DNA of 63,525 bases, counting the filler, from Malassezia furfur (Eukaryota), in assembly GCA_052055015.1 (NCBI GenBank). It is 45 parts of 45 records of this genome, joined end to end, with 100 filler letters (N's around TTAATTAATTAA, not from the genome) between each part and the next. Parts side by side here need not be neighbours in the genome. Positions count along the whole stretch, not along the records: positions 59,540 to 60,803 come from JBQJIT010001219.1; positions 60,904 to 62,164 come from JBQJIT010001220.1; positions 62,265 to 63,525 come from JBQJIT010001221.1; 42 more parts are not named here. One strand, 5' to 3'. The position numbers were made by a program, and so were the translations under genes. This document shows, in pieces, positions 59,540 through 63,525 of the stretch. The notes under the pieces are model-generated. The model had not been told where the DNA came from. It did not search any database and worked only from the letters and a program-made list of their open reading frames with translations. How positions within the stretch are numbered: the first letter of the stretch is position 1; every line of letters starts with the position of its first letter.

Positions 59540-60476
59540 GATACCCCCCCACGGCGGACGCGGCGCTGCTCGACGCGCAGCACGGTGCCGAGCACCGCGT
59601 CGAGGCGCGCGAGCAGCGCCGCGTCCGCCGTGGGGGGGTATCGCTGGAGCAGGCGCAGCAGCGCCGCCTGCAGCCACGGCACGGGCAGGCCGTGGAAGAG
59701 GTAGATCTCCTTGTAGTCCTCGTCGACGACCACCTGGTGCAGCTGGTCCACGGCCGCGCGGTAGCACGCGCGGAACGCCGCAGGGTCGTCGCGCACCACG
59801 ACGCACAGCAGCTGCGCAACGCTCAGCGACACGCCCAGGTTGCGGTGCCGCACAAGGCGCGCCAGGTGCGCACTCCACTCGCCCAGGCGCACGCCCTCGG
59901 GGAAGACGCGGTACAGGTGCGCCAGCGTGAGCGCGGCCTTCTTCTGGACCCACGTCGAGGACGTCCTGCGTCAGCCCACCACCACGTACGGCGACACGAC
60001 CAGTTTGAGCACGTCTTCGGCAAGCGCCTCGGCGACGCCGACGTCGTGCACGCTCGCGAGCGCGTGCAGCGCAAGGCACGTATTTGCCTCGTTCCGGTCC
60101 GCCAAGTCGCGCCGGATCGCGTCCAGCGCGCCGGGCAGGCGCGCGGCGCGCGCGGCGCCGAGGCACAGCAGCGCCAAATACCCCTGCGTCAGTCAACCCC
60201 ACGCACGATCTGTTTCTCCGAGTACCGCGCACTGTGCAGCAGCTTGAGGATCTCGGCATCGCCCACGTCCACGGGGAAGCCCTGCAGGTGCGTAAAGAGC
60301 ACCTTGGCCACGTACTTCTTCCGCTGGTACCCATCGAGCTTCGCGCCGGCGCCCAGCTTGAGGCGCACGTGCGCCATCTCCTTGTGGACGCGGCGCTCGG
60401 CGGCCTCGCGCGTGGTGCACGCACGCAGCTCGCTGATGTACTGCGTCAGTCCGCGCATCTGCGTCGCCTGCGACAT
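59540..60476 (-). CDS. APL3: AP-2 complex alpha-adaptin, N-terminal part; introns 60184-60206 and 59966-59989
   Basis: MRGLTQYISELRAC, LDGYQRKKYVAK, YSEKQI|GYLA, VQKKAALTL, VPWLQ..LLRLLQ.YP. Confidence 0.94.
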
Positions 60477-60695
60477 GCCGACCGTGCGCCGCCCCCTGTC
60501 GCTCACGGCCGTGCACACACCCGCACCGCGCGAGGGTGACGTCACGTGATACGCGCGGCCGCGGGCCGCGCGCGGGGCCGCGGAGCCAAGCGAGGGGCGC
60601 GCGCGCACGCAGAACAACGGGGTGAAGCTATTGCTGGAGGGCCACTGTGTGTGCTAAGTGGGTGGGGGAAAAGAAAAAACAGGGCACGGCCGCGT

Positions 60696-60803
60696 TTAGG
60701 CAGCCTCCTCGCCCTTGGCCTCGGCGGCCGGCGCAGCCGGCGCCGCGCCCTCGGCAGGGGCGGCCGCGGCGCCCTCGGCGGGCTTCTCGGTGTCCTGCAT
60801 GTC
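60696..60803 (-). CDS. Probable 14-3-3 protein C-terminal tail
   Basis: DMQDTEKPAEGAAAAPAE...GEEAA* resembles the tail that follows LTLWTS in fungal 14-3-3; the core domain is not visible. Confidence 0.5.
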   Translation of the reverse strand, partial: DMQDTEKPAEGAAAAPAEGAAPAAPAAEAKGEEAA

Positions 60804-60903
60804 NNNNNNNNNNNNNNNNNNNNNNNNNNNNNNNNNNNNNNNNNNNNTTAATTAATTAANNNNNNNNNNNNNNNNNNNNNNNNNNNNNNNNNNNNNNNNN
60901 NNN

Positions 60904-61782
60904 GGTGGGCGCCGACGCCTCATCGGCGGGCGCAGGGGCCTCGTCGTGAGCAGGCAGCGGCTCACGCTCGTCGCGCGGAGGCAGCGGCTCGCGGTCGTAC
61001 GCGCGGTCATCGTCACGCGGAGGCAGCGGCTCGCGGTCGTACGCGCGGTCGTCACGCATCGGCGGCGGCGGACGCTCGTCGCGGTCGTCGCGCGGAGGAC
61101 GCGCGTCGCGGCCCCAGCGATCGCCCTCGCGCGGGGGATATGCGCCGCCGTCGCGCGGCTCGCGGCCCCAGCGCGTCGGCACCGGGCTGCGCTCGCGCTC
61201 CGCGGGCGGCTCGCCGTCCGGCTCAGCGCGCAGCAAGGCGCCACGCAGCTCGGTGCCCTCGATCTTGGCCAGCGCACGCTCGTAGTCGTCGCGGTGGTCG
61301 AACTCGAGGGCGCCCTCGTCCGGGCGCGACGGGTTGATGTCCGAGTACACCACCTGGCCGTGCTCGCGGCCGACGTCCTTGAGGTCCTGCCAGCTCGTGC
61401 CCGGCGGCAGGTTGAACACAACGATGCGGTACAGGCCACGGCGCGGCCCACGGCGCGGGGGGCGCGCGTCGTAACGGTCGTAGCCACGCGGCCCGCCGTA
61501 CGGCTCGCGCTCGCGGTCACGGTCGCGCGGGCCGCGGTCATCGCGGCGCAGCGGCTGCTTGGCGAACTGCACAATCAGGCGATCGCCCATGAACATGGTG
61601 CCGTCAAAGTCGCGCACGGCGAGTTCGGCGTCACGGGGGTCGTCGAACTCGACGAACCCGAAGCCGTTCAGAATACGCACATCGACGATGCGGCCGAGAC
61701 CACGGAAGAGGTCCGTGATGTCCTCGCGGAGCACGCCCTGCGGAAGCCGGCCGAGGTACAGACGGGCAGAGACGTCAGACAT
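60904..61782 (-). CDS. SR-type splicing factor (Srp2/Npl3/SRSF4-6-like; RRM plus pseudo-RRM)
   Basis: RLYLGRL...GFGFVEFDDPRDA, SWQDLKD pseudo-RRM motif, RD/RE-rich tail. Confidence 0.9.
60953..61056 (-). repeat. Coding tandem repeat (RDDRAYDREPLPP-like units)
   Basis: Two near-identical 39-42 bp units plus a shorter third unit. Confidence 0.8.
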
Positions 61783-62359
61783 GCTTCCTTGAAGAGAAGG
61801 GCGCGCGTCGATCCTGCGCGGGGAATCACGTGATGTGGGGCCTGCGCGGCGTTCGCTGGGAGGCGCCCAGCGCGCGAGACGGCGCGGCGAACGGGGCGCG
61901 CGTTGGGCCGTACGGGCTGAGGGAGTGCGAGGCGGCCGCGCGTCGGGCGCGGCGTGGCCGGGCCGCGCGTGCGCTGTGCCGTGGCAGCCGCGCGCCGGCG
62001 CTGGTGCCGCACGCGGTCCGTAGCGCGCGGCGATAGGCGAGCAAGTACGGACGTGGGAGCGCTGCGGTGGGCGATCGCTCTATGCGTGGCGTGGTGTGGG
62101 CGGCGTGATGCGGCACAGCACGCCGTCGTGCCGCCGCCCGCGCCGCGCGGGAACCGGCTCGCCTNNNNNNNNNNNNNNNNNNNNNNNNNNNNNNNNNNNN
62201 NNNNNNNNTTAATTAATTAANNNNNNNNNNNNNNNNNNNNNNNNNNNNNNNNNNNNNNNNNNNNGCATACGGCGCCGCGCCGCGACGTCCGTGCGGGCGG
62301 CGGCGAAACTCTAGCGCGCGTGGGCGCGATTTGGGGGGCCCGGCCTCGAGCCAAGAGAT

Positions 62360-62760
62360 CTTGGACCACGTGGCGGCAGCGCGGCGCCGTATGCACGCCA
62401 CGTGGCCTCTACGCTGGTCTGCCCCAAGGGCTGGGTTGGTGCCCATTTTTGGCGTCATAGTGAGTAGGGTTGCGCAGGCCGGATCGAAGCACGTGGCACT
62501 GCTCCCAAAACGACGTCATAAGCCCACCGCGACCGTTGCGGTGCCTTGAGGAAATGACGCACTGACAAGAGATCTCGTCGTATGGTTGGCCCAACGGTGC
62601 GCTCTGGCTTGGGCGTGAACCAGTCTTGTTCGTCGCGGCAACGAACGCTATGCAAGGCCGAATGAAAAGGGCGCGCGGCGGGTGCGCGGCGTGGCGCTCG
62701 AAAAATAGACTTTGGGTGCCCACGACCCTCGCGCAGTATGACGCTGGATTGGGTCATAAG
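62360..62760. promoter_or_regulatory. Extended upstream region with clustered CACGTG and ATGACG(C/T) motifs
   Basis: CACGTG at 62367, 62399, 62490; ATGACGY (either strand) at 62452, 62513, 62554, 62738. Confidence 0.55.
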
Positions 62761-62870
62761 CTTCGCAGTCATTGCCACTAGACCCAACAGCCGTATGGTC
62801 TTTTAGGAAGTGCCTCGAGTCCCAGGAAACAGGCTCGTTGTGAACCGCCATCCCCCCGTGAATCGACACG

Positions 62871-63525
62871 ATGGCACCATCCCAAGATGGGGAGGGCTAC
62901 GTGCCCGTGGACGGTGAGCCAACCAACTCGACCGTCCAGGCACACCTTCCCAACGAACAGACCGAGGGCCTTGGGCCCTCCAAGGCGCATCTCACGACCG
63001 GCCACAAGGCCCAATTACAGAACGACCCGAAGGGCGAAGCGGCGCGACGAAGTCTCGCGATGCTCAACGAAGTGCCCTCGCGTGTGCACAACAAGCGGCT
63101 GCGCGACTTGTACGGTGGCGCGGATGTGCATGTCTCGAACCGCATGCGCAGCCTGCCCTCCTACCGGCGCAAGGGCCAGCAGGCCCACGCCGACGACCAG
63201 GACGACGAGCGAAGCGCCTCGTCCAAGATACCCGACCGTCCCATGGTGGATGGGGCCGCGCAGGACACCGGCCAAGACACGATCGTCGCCGATGGCATCG
63301 ATGGCGGCACGGAGGAGGTGCCGCACGACGGCGCTCCCCCGATGCCGACCAACGAGGCGCAGCCGCCGCGCACGCGCGGCCTGGACGACAACACGATCCG
63401 CCCGCCGCCGAGTCTGCAGGATCTGCTGAGCCCGTATCCGAGCAAGCCGTCCTCCTCGTCTTCCTCGTCGAGCGACCAGCAGACGCGGCGGCAGTCGTGG
63501 AACACGGTGGGCTCGAATGCGTGGG
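62871..63525 (+). CDS. Hypothetical protein, N-terminal part (MAPSQDGEGYVPVDGE...), runs off the window
   Basis: Frame open from ATG 62871 to the end, so absent from the supplied ORF track; includes RRQSW, a PKA-type site. Confidence 0.65.
   Translation, partial: MAPSQDGEGYVPVDGEPTNSTVQAHLPNEQTEGLGPSKAHLTTGHKAQLQNDPKGEAARRSLAMLNEVPSRVHNKRLRDLYGGADVHVSNRMRSLPSYRRKGQQAHADDQDDERSASSKIPDRPMVDGAAQDTGQDTIVADGIDGGTEEVPHDGAPPMPTNEAQPPRTRGLDDNTIRPPPSLQDLLSPYPSKPSSSSSSSSDQQTRRQSWNTVGSNAW

Noticed and set aside
61826..62164. Minus-strand 96-aa ORF upstream of the SR gene
   Set aside because: No recognisable motif, composition like the shadow ORFs, and it overlaps the likely promoter.

Overview
This is not a continuous locus. 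It is 45 short contigs (about 1.26-1.38 kb, sorted by decreasing length) joined by 44 artificial 100-bp spacers (N44-TTAATTAATTAA-N44, a six-frame stop linker), so adjacency across spacers means nothing. The DNA is eukaryotic: a very GC-rich, extremely compact basidiomycete yeast genome, most consistent with Malassezia (inferred from protein resemblance, compaction and intron size; species not determinable). Nearly every contig carries one or two fragments of conserved nuclear genes, including FAB1, BRH2/BRCA2, NudE, a CLIP-170-like protein, dynactin p150, SMC4, UFD4, TOM1, MSD1, PTH2, polyubiquitin, LYS4, ATG3, OMA1, PRE5, KRE33, MOD5, BPL1, VPS10, RRN3, TEF1, HSE1, DCC1, STU1, RIM15, APL3 and an SR protein. 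I found no CRISPR array, RNA gene or mobile element, and no clear new multi-gene system. The strongest signals are architectural. (1) There are 24 ultra-short spliceosomal introns of 21-36 nt, several in-frame and invisible to ORF calling. (2) Bidirectional promoters are as short as 31-107 bp and recurrently contain CACGTG. (3) Some head-to-head pairs appear to share a pathway (NudE/CLIP-170, two beta-oxidation genes, HSE1/auxilin-like). (4) Some intergenic gaps are only 3-34 bp. There are also a few odd proteins: an ASH/Ig-like repeat protein, a degenerate SABATH-type methyltransferase, an I3V ubiquitin and a possibly truncated APC2. Gene names come from motif recognition by eye, not database searches.
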